DNA of 64,000 nucleotides from Marispirochaeta sp. (GTDB taxonomy: Bacteria > Spirochaetota > Spirochaetia > JC444 > Marispirochaetaceae). Location: contig CAXXFF010000002.1 in assembly GCA_963676835.2 (NCBI GenBank), positions 576,001 through 640,000 of the forward strand. Direction: 5' to 3'. The notes beneath the pieces were generated by a model. The model saw only the letters and a list, made by a program, of their open reading frames with translations, was not told where the DNA came from and ran no database searches. The number at the start of each line of letters is the position of its first letter. Position 1 is the first letter of the stretch. The position numbers were made by a program, and so were the translations under genes. This document shows positions 9,822 through 20,165 of this stretch, one piece after another.

Positions 9822-11600
9822 TTATAAATCTTCGTCGGGCATCTCTATGCGGATGTGCAGCTCTTCGAGCTGACGATCCGATACGGCCCGCGGTGAGTCC
9901 ATCATCGGCTCCTGAGCCTTCTGGTTCATGGGGAAAGCCACAATCTCCCTCAGGTTTTCTACATTAGCCAGCAGCATAACAATCCGATCAAGCCCGGGGG
10001 CAATTCCTCCGTGAGGAGGTGCACCATAACGGAAAGCGGAAATCATACCGCTGAACTGGGCATCAACTTCTTCTTTTGTGTAGCCGCCGATATCGAAGGC
10101 CTTATACATAATTTCCGGCCGGTGGTTTCTGATCGCACCGGAAGAAAGCTCCTCTCCGTTACAGACCAGGTCATACTGGTAAGCCAGAATCTCAAGGGGA
10201 TCCTTGTTTTCCAGGGCTTCCATTCCGCCCTGGGGCATGGAGAAGGGGTTATGACTGAACTGAACCGCTCCGGTATGCTCATCCAGCTCAAACATGGGGT
10301 AATCAACAACCCAGCAGAAGCGGAAGGTATCTTTTTCCAGCAGATCAAGATCCTTACCCAGCTTGTTCCGAACATGTCCGGCAATTGATGCAGCAGGTCC
10401 CGGCTGATCGCAGACAAAAAAGACCACATCACCATCGGCCGCATCACAGGTGGATGCGATAGCCTTCAGATTTTCCTCAGAGAGAAACTTTGCGATGGGA
10501 CTTTTTACCTCGCCGTCGGCCCAGGTAATATAGGCAAGCCCTTTGGATCCAACGGACTGGGCAAACTCAATCATCTTGTCAAAAAAAGAACGGGACTGAC
10601 CGGCAATACCCTTAACCGGCAGAGCCCGTACCACAGCGCCGGATTTAATTGCCCCGGCAAATGCCTTGAAATCGGAATTACGGAATGCCTCTGTGACATC
10701 CTGAATAACAATGGGGTTACGCAGGTCAGGCTTGTCGGAACCGTATTTGAGCATAGCCTCAGCAAAGGGAATCCGCTGGAAAGGTGCTTCAGACATCTTC
10801 CAGCCGGAAAACTCACTGAAGATTCCTGTCATCAGCTCTTCTATAACCTTGAAAACATCATCCTGTTCAACAAAGGACATCTCCACATCTATCTGGTAGA
10901 ACTCACCGGGGCTTCGGTTGGCCCGGGCGTCTTCATCGCGAAAACAGGGGGCAATCTGAAAGTAACGGTCAAAGCCGGCTACCATTAAAAGCTGTTTATA
11001 CTGCTGGGGAGCCTGGGGCAGAGCGTAGAATTTTCCCGGATGAAGCCTGCTTGGGACAAGATAGTCCCTGGCGCCTTCGGGACTGGAAGCGGTCAGAATA
11101 GGAGTCTGATATTCCGTAAAACCCATGGCTTCCATTCTACGGCGGACGGAAGAGATAACCTTCGAACGGAGGAGAATATGCTTATGCATGCTCTCCCGGC
11201 GCAGATCCAGGTAGCGGTAGGTAAGCCGCAGCTCTTCCGGCTCTTTATCCTCGGGAAAAACCTGGAAGGGGAGGGGATCACACTTGCCGAGAATCTCCCA
11301 GCTTTTAATCTCAACCTCAACCTCTCCGGAGGAAATACGGGTATTGACGGTTTCCTCGTCCCGCTTGCGGACGGTTCCGATGACCTTGATGCAGTTCTCT
11401 TTCTGAAGGTGGGCAACCTCATATTTGAAACCCGACTCGGGATAGCTGACCAGCTGAGTAATGCCGTAATTGTCACGTAAGTCGATAAAAAGAACACCAC
11501 CATGGTCGCGGTGATTATTGATCCAGCCCGAGAGGGTTACCTCCTGGCCGACATGATCCTGTGTAAGTTCGTCGCAACGGTGAGTGCGGTATGCGTTCAT
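9822..11600 (-). CDS. aspS: Aspartate--tRNA ligase, probably non-discriminating Asp/Asn type
   Basis: YRTH.C, RDHGG..FIDLRD, FRDED, GAPPHGG..PGLDR. The His in RDHGG and linkage to gatCAB suggest the ND type. Confidence 0.96.
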   Translation of the reverse strand: MNAYRTHRCDELTQDHVGQEVTLSGWINNHRDHGGVLFIDLRDNYGITQLVSYPESGFKYEVAHLQKENCIKVIGTVRKRDEETVNTRISSGEVEVEIKSWEILGKCDPLPFQVFPEDKEPEELRLTYRYLDLRRESMHKHILLRSKVISSVRRRMEAMGFTEYQTPILTASSPEGARDYLVPSRLHPGKFYALPQAPQQYKQLLMVAGFDRYFQIAPCFRDEDARANRSPGEFYQIDVEMSFVEQDDVFKVIEELMTGIFSEFSGWKMSEAPFQRIPFAEAMLKYGSDKPDLRNPIVIQDVTEAFRNSDFKAFAGAIKSGAVVRALPVKGIAGQSRSFFDKMIEFAQSVGSKGLAYITWADGEVKSPIAKFLSEENLKAIASTCDAADGDVVFFVCDQPGPAASIAGHVRNKLGKDLDLLEKDTFRFCWVVDYPMFELDEHTGAVQFSHNPFSMPQGGMEALENKDPLEILAYQYDLVCNGEELSSGAIRNHRPEIMYKAFDIGGYTKEEVDAQFSGMISAFRYGAPPHGGIAPGLDRIVMLLANVENLREIVAFPMNQKAQEPMMDSPRAVSDRQLEELHIRIEMPDEDL

Positions 11601-11691
11601 CTGTGTTTACCCCGTATAATCGGAAAAAGCCTGTAGTAAGTAAGCGAAATACTATCAGAAATAGAAGTACTGTTTCAAGGAAAGGGCGGCA

Positions 11692-13116
11692 TCAGAGCCC
11701 GAAATGGGCCCTGATCAGTGCCTGCGCAGTCTGAGGGTCGGCCTTGCCGGCGGATGCCTTCATTACCTGACCGACAAAAAAGCCGATTGGTTTGAGATCT
11801 CCCGACTGAATCTGCTCCACCGCCTGGGGATTCTCCGCGGCAATTTTTGCAATCAGCTCTTTGAGCTCATCGGAGTTGTCCTCCTGCTCAAGTCCCCGCT
11901 CATCCACAATTACCTCAGGTTCCTTGTCTTCCTCAAGGACTGCTTCAAGCACCTCCCGGGCGGCATTACGGTTGACCGTGTTCTTCTCCACCAGACCGAT
12001 CAGCCTGGCCAGCCGCTGCGGAGTAAGCGCGCTTTCCGCAAGGGAAACATCCATTCTTTTCAGATACTTCTGCACATCTCCGGTAATCCAGGCGGCAGCT
12101 GTGGCAGCATCGACACCGGCAGTTATGGTTTCCTCAAAGAAATCTGCAGAAGCCCGTTCTTCGGTAAGCAGTTCAGCCTGAACAAGCTTCAGCTTGAGCT
12201 CCTCAACAAAGCGGTTTTTCCGTGTAAGGGGCAGTTCAACCAGGGCGGCATCAACCCGTGACATAAACTCTTCTCCCGGACGGAAGGGAGGCATGTCGGG
12301 TTCGGGAAAATAGCGGTAGTCGTGGGCGCTCTCTTTTGTGCGCATCGACTCTGTTCTCGACGCAGCTTCGTCCCAGAGACGGGTCTCCTGCACCACCTTT
12401 TCACCTTTTTCGATAACCTTTCGCTGACGCTTCATTTCATAGTTAAGGGCAAGCTTGAGAAAGCGGGAAGAGTTAACATTCTTCACTTCCGTTTTTGTTC
12501 CCAAGCCCTTCCCCTGAAGGTTTATCGAAATGTTGCCGTCACAGCGCATGGATCCTTCTTCCATGTTGCCGTCACAGACACCCAGGTAGCGCACCAGGCT
12601 GCGGAACTGCTGTAAAAAAGCTTCTGCATCTTCTCCGGTAACCATATCAGGCTCGGTTACAATCTCAAGCAGACTGGTTCCAGCCCGGTTATAGTCCAGA
12701 AGACTGCCGCTGCTGGAGTGAATCATCTTTCCTGCGTCCTCTTCCAGATGAATATCGTGGATTCGGACCCGCTTAACTTCACCGCCCACCTCAATATCGA
12801 AGTAGCCGCCGGTTCCCACGGGCCGGTGAAACTGGGAAATCTGATAGTTTTTGGTCATATCGGGATAAAAGTAGTTTTTTCTGTCAAAGAGGGAGTTTTC
12901 TTCCAGCTTGCAGTTAAGAGCCTTACCAACAAGATAGGACATGAACATCGCCTCGTCGTTCAGGGCGGGTAGAACTCCGGGATACCCCATGCAGACGGGG
13001 CAGACATTGCTGTTGGGTTCATCGCCGAAACGGTTGTCACAGTCGCAGAAAACTTTGGTTTTTGTCTGAAGATGAATATGGACTTCCAGTCCTATGAATG
13101 ATTCGTACTTGCTCAC
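11692..13116 (-). CDS. gatB: Asp/Glu-tRNA amidotransferase subunit B
   Basis: IGLEVH..L.TKTK.FC, DYRYFPEPD. Confidence 0.97.
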   Translation of the reverse strand: MSKYESFIGLEVHIHLQTKTKVFCDCDNRFGDEPNSNVCPVCMGYPGVLPALNDEAMFMSYLVGKALNCKLEENSLFDRKNYFYPDMTKNYQISQFHRPVGTGGYFDIEVGGEVKRVRIHDIHLEEDAGKMIHSSSGSLLDYNRAGTSLLEIVTEPDMVTGEDAEAFLQQFRSLVRYLGVCDGNMEEGSMRCDGNISINLQGKGLGTKTEVKNVNSSRFLKLALNYEMKRQRKVIEKGEKVVQETRLWDEAASRTESMRTKESAHDYRYFPEPDMPPFRPGEEFMSRVDAALVELPLTRKNRFVEELKLKLVQAELLTEERASADFFEETITAGVDAATAAAWITGDVQKYLKRMDVSLAESALTPQRLARLIGLVEKNTVNRNAAREVLEAVLEEDKEPEVIVDERGLEQEDNSDELKELIAKIAAENPQAVEQIQSGDLKPIGFFVGQVMKASAGKADPQTAQALIRAHFGL

Positions 13117-14507
13117 ACTGGCTCCTTGAAACCATCGGGGGTACCGGGACTAAAAACAGAGCGGTAGTCTTCAGCACCCTGGAAAAGCCGTTCCTCGCAG
13201 AGTGCCGGCGCCAGCAGCTGCATTCCCACAGGCAGCTTTCCGTCCATTCCGGCGGGAAAACTGAACCCCGGAATACCCGCAAGGTTTGCAGCGGCGGTAA
13301 ATTTGTCCGCAAGCTTCTGCTGAAACGCATCCAGCCCGGAATCCCCATGGGGAAATGCCGCAGATGGGAAGGCCGGCATGAGCATCATGTCGGCCCCGGC
13401 AAAAACTTCTGCAAACTCATCAGCAATCAGGGTGCGGATGCGCTGGGCCCTTCCGTAATACTGATCCTGAAAACCGGACCGCAGTACATAGGTACCCAGA
13501 AGAATACGCAGCTTGACCTCATGGCCGAAGCCTTCAGAGCGTGTATTCTTAACCATATCCATATGATCGTCTGCGGCGGCACGGTATCCGTAGCGGATTC
13601 CGGTGTAGCGTGCAAGGTTTGCCGACGCTTCCGCCATGGCAATGGTGTAGTAGGCTGGTACTACATATTCAAGACTCTTGAGTGTTACCGGAACAATCTC
13701 GTATCCCAGGCCGCGGAAACCTTCAAGGGTTTCCTCATAAACCTTTGCCACCCCGGGTGTCAGGTCGGAAAGACCTTCAAGAACAGCTATCCGCTTACTG
13801 CCGGAATCACCGGATTTATCTTCGTATTGAACCGTGGTCTGATCCAGTTCATCTTCACCCTTGATAACATCAAACACTGTTCTGCAGGTTTCAATGTCCC
13901 GGGAAAGAATCCCGATGCTTTCCAGAGATGAAGCATAGGCGACAAGACCATACCGGGAAACTGCACCGTAGGAGGGCTTGAGTCCGTACACTCCGCAGAA
14001 CGAAGCGGGCTGCCGCACCGAACCGCCGGTATCACTGCCCAGTGCGAAAGGTACCTGACCTGCTGCAACCGCAGCGGCAGATCCTCCGGATGAACCGCCG
14101 GGAACACAGCCGGTATCCCAGGGATTTGAAGTGGGCCCGTGGATCGAGTTTGCACAGGAAGACCCCATACCGAATTCGTCCAGATTGCATTTTCCGTACA
14201 CCACCGCACCGGCGGCATCAAGCTTGCTTATTGCAGTTGCAGAATAGGGAGAAGTAAATCCTTCCAGAACCTTGGAACCGCAGCTGAGGCCGAAGCCCTC
14301 CACGGCAATATTATCCTTTACTCCGTAAGGTACCCCGGAGAGAGCTCCTTCGGAGCTATCCTGCTTTGCCGGATTATCTGACCGGAGTTCAGTAAATGCG
14401 TTTATCTTCTTTTCCCAGCCGTCAACATAGGCACGGTGGGTTTCCGCCCGGGAGGAATCACTTAACAATCCCTTCCAGGGTGCAAGAATATCAGATTCAT
14501 TACTCAT
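13113..14507 (-). CDS. gatA: Asp/Glu-tRNA amidotransferase subunit A
   Basis: Amidase signature GGSSGGSAAAV, GSDTGGSVRQPA. Confidence 0.96.
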   Translation of the reverse strand: MSNESDILAPWKGLLSDSSRAETHRAYVDGWEKKINAFTELRSDNPAKQDSSEGALSGVPYGVKDNIAVEGFGLSCGSKVLEGFTSPYSATAISKLDAAGAVVYGKCNLDEFGMGSSCANSIHGPTSNPWDTGCVPGGSSGGSAAAVAAGQVPFALGSDTGGSVRQPASFCGVYGLKPSYGAVSRYGLVAYASSLESIGILSRDIETCRTVFDVIKGEDELDQTTVQYEDKSGDSGSKRIAVLEGLSDLTPGVAKVYEETLEGFRGLGYEIVPVTLKSLEYVVPAYYTIAMAEASANLARYTGIRYGYRAAADDHMDMVKNTRSEGFGHEVKLRILLGTYVLRSGFQDQYYGRAQRIRTLIADEFAEVFAGADMMLMPAFPSAAFPHGDSGLDAFQQKLADKFTAAANLAGIPGFSFPAGMDGKLPVGMQLLAPALCEERLFQGAEDYRSVFSPGTPDGFKEPV

Positions 14508-14531
14508 ATATGCTATACCTTGTTCCGGATC

Positions 14532-14810
14532 CTACAGAACCCGGGGAATACGGATAAACCGGTCCTGCATATCCGGACGATTCTTAAGAATCCCCTCGGA
14601 AACATCCCGGTTTCGGGGCTCATCCTTCCGTGTCCGGTTTCCCCGGACGCCTACGTGTGTAGTCGCTTCCACACCTTCCACATCTATTCCGTTCATAAGC
14701 TCAAAATATTCGAGCATACGGCCCACTTCATTCTCGAAAGCTGCCCGTTCGTCCGCAGAAAGTTCAAGATTCGCCAGTTCGGCGGTTAAATCGAGTTCCT
14801 TGTTATCCAT
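14532..14810 (-). CDS. gatC: Asp/Glu-tRNA amidotransferase subunit C
   Basis: A.LANLEL...; size, and position upstream of gatA. Confidence 0.9.
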   Translation of the reverse strand: MDNKELDLTAELANLELSADERAAFENEVGRMLEYFELMNGIDVEGVEATTHVGVRGNRTRKDEPRNRDVSEGILKNRPDMQDRFIRIPRVL

Positions 14811-15068
14811 GATTGCCCCAACTCTACCCCTCCAGTATTGCTCATGTCAAGAGAAGCATTTAACTGTTTATATGGTAATAGGTTAAATCCCCATGACCCC
14901 TTTTACCCCATTTTATTTTGGTCCGTCCGATTTGACTTTTGCTTTTACTTCGTGTATTGTATATGCTTAAATCCTAGGACAGATTTTATACGCTGACCTT
15001 TGCTAACATACATCTAATCTGTATGTGATAATACTAGTATATACCTACTAATCGGGTAAGGAGCTTTA

Positions 15069-16493
15069 GTGGTCAAAACGGGCTTTCCTACTATTCATTT
15101 CTACGACCAGGACTTTGTCGACCTCTATGACCGCACATGGGCATGGCTTGAAGAATTCTGGGGAAAAGGAAGCAAAAAAAACGGGCTTGAAGCACGATTT
15201 TTCAAATATCCCAACAGCGAAACGGTAAACCAGTTCGACGCATGTCTGTCGACCTTTTTTCTGGTATACAGCAATAAAGTATATCCCGCATCCCCCTCAC
15301 TGGATAATTTCTATCAGAAGCAGGAAGAGTCCGGCGCCATCCGTGGTGAATATAATGCGGAAACAGGGGAGCCGGTTCTTACCGACGAAAATCCCGAAGG
15401 TGCTGCTCCTCCGCTCTTTTCCTATGCAGAGTACAATCTCTACCATAAAGAGGGAAACAAGAAACGCCTCAAGGATATAATGCCCATACTGGAAAAGTAC
15501 TTTGACTGGCTGGAAACAACCTTCAGAGACGACACCGGGCTGTATGCTGTCCCTCTTTCAGCAACCTATATGATGAATGCCCCCCGGGAGGGGACCAAAT
15601 ATCCCGTGGACTTCAATACCCAGCAGGCAATCAATGCCCTCTATATGTCCGCCATCGGTGATGTTCTGAACGACAAGGAGATGAGCTTTAAATACAAGCG
15701 TCACTACTTCTCCCTGAAAACCAGAATCAACTCCCAGATGTGGAACGACGAAACAGGATTCTATCACGACCTGGATGCCGACCAGAATCGGCTGCCCCAG
15801 AAAACCATTGCCGGTTTCTGGCCTCTGCTGGCGGAAATTCCCAACGAAGACCGGGCCAACAGGATGATTGATCACCTGACCAACCCGGATACCTTCGGTG
15901 TGGAGAACCCCTTTCCAACCCTTTCTGCGGACGATCCCAACTTCTCCGAAGATGGAAACGGCTACAACGGCGGTGTTGTTCCGGCATTTACCTTTATGGT
16001 GGTAAAGGGACTGGAAAAATATGCCCGCTATGAGATGGCCCGGGAATGTGCGATCCGGCACCTCTATTATATGCTGGATACCCTCCATCCCGAAGGCAAG
16101 GAGAAGGGCAACATCTATGAAGCCTATTCTCCCCGCAAGGACGGTCCGGCCAAGTGGGAAGGAAATCCCGATTTTCCCCGCCCTCTCTATCTGGCCTATG
16201 CCGCCCTCTCTGCGGTAACCCTGATGATAGAAAATATCATCGGTCTGTATATCAGTCTGCCAAGAAAAACCGTGGACTGGATTATCCCCACCCTGGAAAT
16301 CATGGGCATAGAAGGACTTTCCCTTAAACGCAACATGATAACCATTCTGAGCAACAAGAGCGGCAGGGGCTGGGAAATCAGACTGGAATCAGAAAAACTC
16401 TATTACTTTACCATCAACATCCTGAGCGAGCGGAAAAAGAAAACCCTGCCTATTCCTTCGGGAAAATGCTCCATGTTGATCGACAAGCTGTAA
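15069..16493 (+). CDS. MGH1/GH63-like (trehalase-like) six-hairpin glycosidase family protein
   Basis: PPLFSYAEY, MWNDETGFYHD, KTIAGFWPLLA, PFPTLSADDP, NIYEAY motifs. Confidence 0.75.
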   Translation: MVKTGFPTIHFYDQDFVDLYDRTWAWLEEFWGKGSKKNGLEARFFKYPNSETVNQFDACLSTFFLVYSNKVYPASPSLDNFYQKQEESGAIRGEYNAETGEPVLTDENPEGAAPPLFSYAEYNLYHKEGNKKRLKDIMPILEKYFDWLETTFRDDTGLYAVPLSATYMMNAPREGTKYPVDFNTQQAINALYMSAIGDVLNDKEMSFKYKRHYFSLKTRINSQMWNDETGFYHDLDADQNRLPQKTIAGFWPLLAEIPNEDRANRMIDHLTNPDTFGVENPFPTLSADDPNFSEDGNGYNGGVVPAFTFMVVKGLEKYARYEMARECAIRHLYYMLDTLHPEGKEKGNIYEAYSPRKDGPAKWEGNPDFPRPLYLAYAALSAVTLMIENIIGLYISLPRKTVDWIIPTLEIMGIEGLSLKRNMITILSNKSGRGWEIRLESEKLYYFTINILSERKKKTLPIPSGKCSMLIDKL

Positions 16494-16505
16494 GCGGAGA
16501 CTTTC

Positions 16506-17279
16506 ATGGGTCTTTTCGGCAAGATAATCGGCGGAACCATAGGCCTCCTTATGGGAGGCCCCCTGGGAGCCATCGCCGGAGTTGCATTCGCACATGTCCT
16601 GGAACAGTCTCAGGATGCCGACCGCATCTCCGGCTCAAGCTATTTCCGAAACTACAACCGCCGCATGAGCACCACCGAGCATGCCCACATGACCTTCTAT
16701 GTCGGCGCGTTTTCTCTGCTGGCGAAGCTTGCCAAGGTGGACGGCGAAGTTTCCCATAATGAGGAACTTACCATCCGGCGCTTCATGAGTGATGAACTCC
16801 GCCTGGACCCTACCTCTCAATACACCGCACTGAAGATTTTCGATGCCGCCCTGGAATCCTCTGAAGATTACCGGGACATAGCCCGTCAGTTCTACCGGGG
16901 ATTCCGCGGCCAGCCTCAGCTCCTGGAACTTATGATCGATATTCTTTTCCGGGTGGCCGTCGCCGATGGTGGAGTAAGCAAAGCCGAAGGCGGCATGATT
17001 CTTAATATTGCCCGGATCTTCAACTTTCAGCAGTATCAGTACGACCGCATCAAAGAACGTTATGTTGCCAATACCAACAAATACTATGCAATTCTCAACT
17101 GTAATCATGAAGACAGCGACGAAGAGATAAAGAAATCCTACAGAAAGCTGGTACGGGAAAATCATCCCGATGTTATTGCATCAAAGGGTCTTCCCGATGA
17201 GTTTCAGAAGGTCGCTGCCGACAAGTTCCGCCAGATTCAGGATGCCTACGAACATATCCGCAAGGAACGGGGCTTTTAG
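16506..17279 (+). CDS. djlA: DjlA-like co-chaperone (TM + TerB-like + C-terminal J domain)
   Basis: GKIIGG..G...GGPLGA, LAKVDG.V, C-terminal J domain with HPD. Confidence 0.88.
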   Translation: MGLFGKIIGGTIGLLMGGPLGAIAGVAFAHVLEQSQDADRISGSSYFRNYNRRMSTTEHAHMTFYVGAFSLLAKLAKVDGEVSHNEELTIRRFMSDELRLDPTSQYTALKIFDAALESSEDYRDIARQFYRGFRGQPQLLELMIDILFRVAVADGGVSKAEGGMILNIARIFNFQQYQYDRIKERYVANTNKYYAILNCNHEDSDEEIKKSYRKLVRENHPDVIASKGLPDEFQKVAADKFRQIQDAYEHIRKERGF

Positions 17280-17417
17280 GCTCCCGACCAGCCGCACACC
17301 TTTTTACACATTATACATTGTTCAATATTCCATATTTATTATGCAGGTCTCTCAATTATTGTTTTCTCAAAACAGGTGTGGTAGTATTTGCAACGCATAT
17401 TAAAAGAAGAGGTCTCC

Positions 17418-18224
17418 ATGGCGCAGGAAGAAGAACATCCCTATCTGATGGAACATCATGATGAAGGGGCCAGACTTACCCGAAAAACAAAAAGGGAACG
17501 GGTTCTTGACCAGGCAGGCTGGGCAGGGCTGAAACCCGGCATGCGGCTTTTGGATGTAGGCTGCGGCGCAGGCTATACAACCTCTATTCTTGCGGAAATA
17601 ACCGAAAATGCCGAAGGTATGGATGTTTCAGCAGAGAGAATTGCTGATGCGCAACAGGAATATCCCGCCCTGAAATTTCATCAGAAAGATATCTACGGTT
17701 CGCTCTCGGATCTCGGCGGCTTCGATTTTATCTGGGTACGGTTTTTTCTTGAGTATCACCGCAAATCTTCGGCGGATATTATCCGAAATCTGTCTACTCT
17801 TTTAAACCCCGAGGGGATTCTCTGTATTGCCGAGCTGGATTATCACAGCATGAACCACTATCCCGTAAGCGACTCCATGGAAAAAGCCCTTCGGGGACTT
17901 TCTGAACATCTGCAGAAATATGCAGACTGGGATCCCTTTATCGGCCGGAAGATTTATACAGGAATGTATGACGCGGGACTTGCAGAGATAGAAGTACGCA
18001 TGGAACCCCATCATCTGCTCTACGGCTCAATGGAAACGGTTCAGGAAAATGACTGGCTCACCAAACTGAATGTCGCAGCATCCAAAAGCGGTTATCCCTT
18101 CAGTGAGTTTAATAACGGATATGACGGTTTTTACGAAGAGGCAAGCAGGCTGCTTACCAGTCCCAGGCGCTTCACTTACACCCCGTTAATACTGTGCCGG
18201 GGAATCAGGCAAGCTGCTCGTTAA
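17418..18224 (+). CDS. Class I SAM-dependent methyltransferase
   Basis: LLDVGCGAG motif I; ATG at 17418 preceded by AAGAGG. Confidence 0.85.
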   Translation: MAQEEEHPYLMEHHDEGARLTRKTKRERVLDQAGWAGLKPGMRLLDVGCGAGYTTSILAEITENAEGMDVSAERIADAQQEYPALKFHQKDIYGSLSDLGGFDFIWVRFFLEYHRKSSADIIRNLSTLLNPEGILCIAELDYHSMNHYPVSDSMEKALRGLSEHLQKYADWDPFIGRKIYTGMYDAGLAEIEVRMEPHHLLYGSMETVQENDWLTKLNVAASKSGYPFSEFNNGYDGFYEEASRLLTSPRRFTYTPLILCRGIRQAAR

Positions 18225-20154
18225 ATACCGCATCCACCGCAAGAAGCCGGGATTTCTTAAGGTATTGAAAAAAGGCCCCTATCACCCTTCTGTCCAGATG
18301 ATCATCCGCCTCCTGCATCAAAAGTTCCAGGGCCTCTTCGGCATGAAGGGGCTTTCGGTAGTGACGTTTCGACGTAATTGCATCGTAGAAATCCGCAACC
18401 GCGATAATCCGGGCGCCGATGGGAATGTTGTTACCTTTAAGTCCCTGTGGATACCCGTTGCCATCCAGCCGCTCATGATGAGAAGATGCCACCAGCGGAA
18501 CCTGGGTATAGATCCCATCAAAATTAATCTGATTAAGTATCTCCCGTGTCTTGGCTGCATGGGTTTTTATTATTGCAAACTCCTCCGGAGTCAGAGTTCC
18601 CTGTTTTTTAAGAATGGAATCCGGAACACCGATCTTTCCATAATCATGCAGAAGTGCTGCGATGCGGATCATCTCCTGAAACTCTTTATCGAGCCCCATT
18701 TCACGGCATATACCCACGCTGTATTCGGTAACCTGTTCTGAATGACCGGCGGTCAGATTATCCCTGGCGTCGATACTGGATGCAAGTATCTTGATTATAG
18801 ATTTAAACTGGCTTTCGCGGCCGGTAATCAGCTTGGCATTTTTAATGCTCATCCCTATTACCGAGGCAATACCCTTCAGCATATTCAAATCACTGCTTAA
18901 AAGGGGGCGTTTGCTTTCAAGATTGTCCACCGCCAGCACACCAAGGGATTCACCCTCCACAACTATGGGACAGCAGATAAAAGACTTGGTTTCCACCAGA
19001 CGGGCAAAGGCCATACTGTGGGCGGAAAGGTCATCTTCAATTTCGTTTATATCATTAATAAGGAAGGAGCGCTGATCCTTGAAGCTGACGACAAACGCCC
19101 CCCGGGAAGTTTCCTTGTTAAGATGAAACTGGGTATTTGTCAAAAGATCCAGATGCTCGCCGCTGTAGCCGAAGCCCGCCCGGAACTCAAGCAGTGCCCC
19201 GTCCTCATTGGCAAGCATGATCATGCCTCTGTCATAATGAAGCTGCCGTTCAAATATTGCGGCAATACTGGTCAACACATCATCAATGCGGGAATATTTG
19301 CTTATGGCCTCTCCAACCTCGTGGCTGACAGTTGTATTGTTGTAGTTGATCCTTGTCTGCAGTGCCAGATCTTCTGTGGACTGACGCAGCTCTTCCAGTG
19401 TTTCCGACAGAAGATTACTCTCCCGGTATTTTGCCAGCAGGGAAAGACCAAGAACAGCCACAACACTGCCGAGAACACTGAAGCTCCAGGTAAGAGGTGT
19501 CAACAGAGGAGCGCTGATACCGGCAAACAGAATGCTTGCAGCCATTACGATATTCCGCACCATTCTTAAGGGAAAATAGGCGTTACGCTCCCAGTGAATC
19601 CGGTAACGGCAGCTTTTACCGCCATTAAAGAGACACTCTGTATGCTCAATTCTGGGGAGACGCTGGGTAAAGGCAAGGGCGATTGATTCAAGAATACCCA
19701 GCCTGTTTTCACACTGATAGTGCTTCTCTTCTGCACCGGCCTTGGGCGTTACAGTTATTTCAACGGAAGAAACATCCAGTTTTTTTACCGTAAACTCCGA
19801 TGAACGGGTTATCATCGCTGAAGAGCGGTCGAGAATTGAATATGCCTGCATGGGACCGAGAAAGCTGGCAAAATAGCGCCGTATCAGCGACTGGGTTTCG
19901 GAGGCTGTAACAAAGCGGCCTGCTTCCCTGGCAATGGTAAGGTTTCTGGTCTGCTGGACAGTCTTCTCATAAAAGCGGTCGATCTGTTCCTGGGTAAACC
20001 AGTGACCGTCGTCCCGCACTTCGTAGGACTTCATATCGGCATGATCAAGAATCCTCACGATATCTACTTCGGGATACCGTTTTTCAAGAAACTTAACCCA
20101 TACCTGAATGTTACGACTGTTATATAGCTTATCGCTATCTAACCCTTCTCCCAT
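18205..20154 (-). CDS. HD-GYP c-di-GMP phosphodiesterase with N-terminal V4R-like sensor, 2 TM helices and a GAF domain
   Basis: GHSEQV, LLHDYGKIG, HHERLDGNGYP, VADFYDA..S.R.YR all intact. GAF motif SFICCPIVVEG..LGVLAVDN. V4R-like EHTECL..GGKSCRY.I.W. Confidence 0.88.
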   Translation of the reverse strand: MGEGLDSDKLYNSRNIQVWVKFLEKRYPEVDIVRILDHADMKSYEVRDDGHWFTQEQIDRFYEKTVQQTRNLTIAREAGRFVTASETQSLIRRYFASFLGPMQAYSILDRSSAMITRSSEFTVKKLDVSSVEITVTPKAGAEEKHYQCENRLGILESIALAFTQRLPRIEHTECLFNGGKSCRYRIHWERNAYFPLRMVRNIVMAASILFAGISAPLLTPLTWSFSVLGSVVAVLGLSLLAKYRESNLLSETLEELRQSTEDLALQTRINYNNTTVSHEVGEAISKYSRIDDVLTSIAAIFERQLHYDRGMIMLANEDGALLEFRAGFGYSGEHLDLLTNTQFHLNKETSRGAFVVSFKDQRSFLINDINEIEDDLSAHSMAFARLVETKSFICCPIVVEGESLGVLAVDNLESKRPLLSSDLNMLKGIASVIGMSIKNAKLITGRESQFKSIIKILASSIDARDNLTAGHSEQVTEYSVGICREMGLDKEFQEMIRIAALLHDYGKIGVPDSILKKQGTLTPEEFAIIKTHAAKTREILNQINFDGIYTQVPLVASSHHERLDGNGYPQGLKGNNIPIGARIIAVADFYDAITSKRHYRKPLHAEEALELLMQEADDHLDRRVIGAFFQYLKKSRLLAVDAVFNEQLA

Positions 20155-20165
20155 GGACCACTACC

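Noticed and set aside
14811..15068. T-box leader for gatCAB-aspS
   Set aside because: No T-box consensus or terminator; the region looks like divergent promoters.
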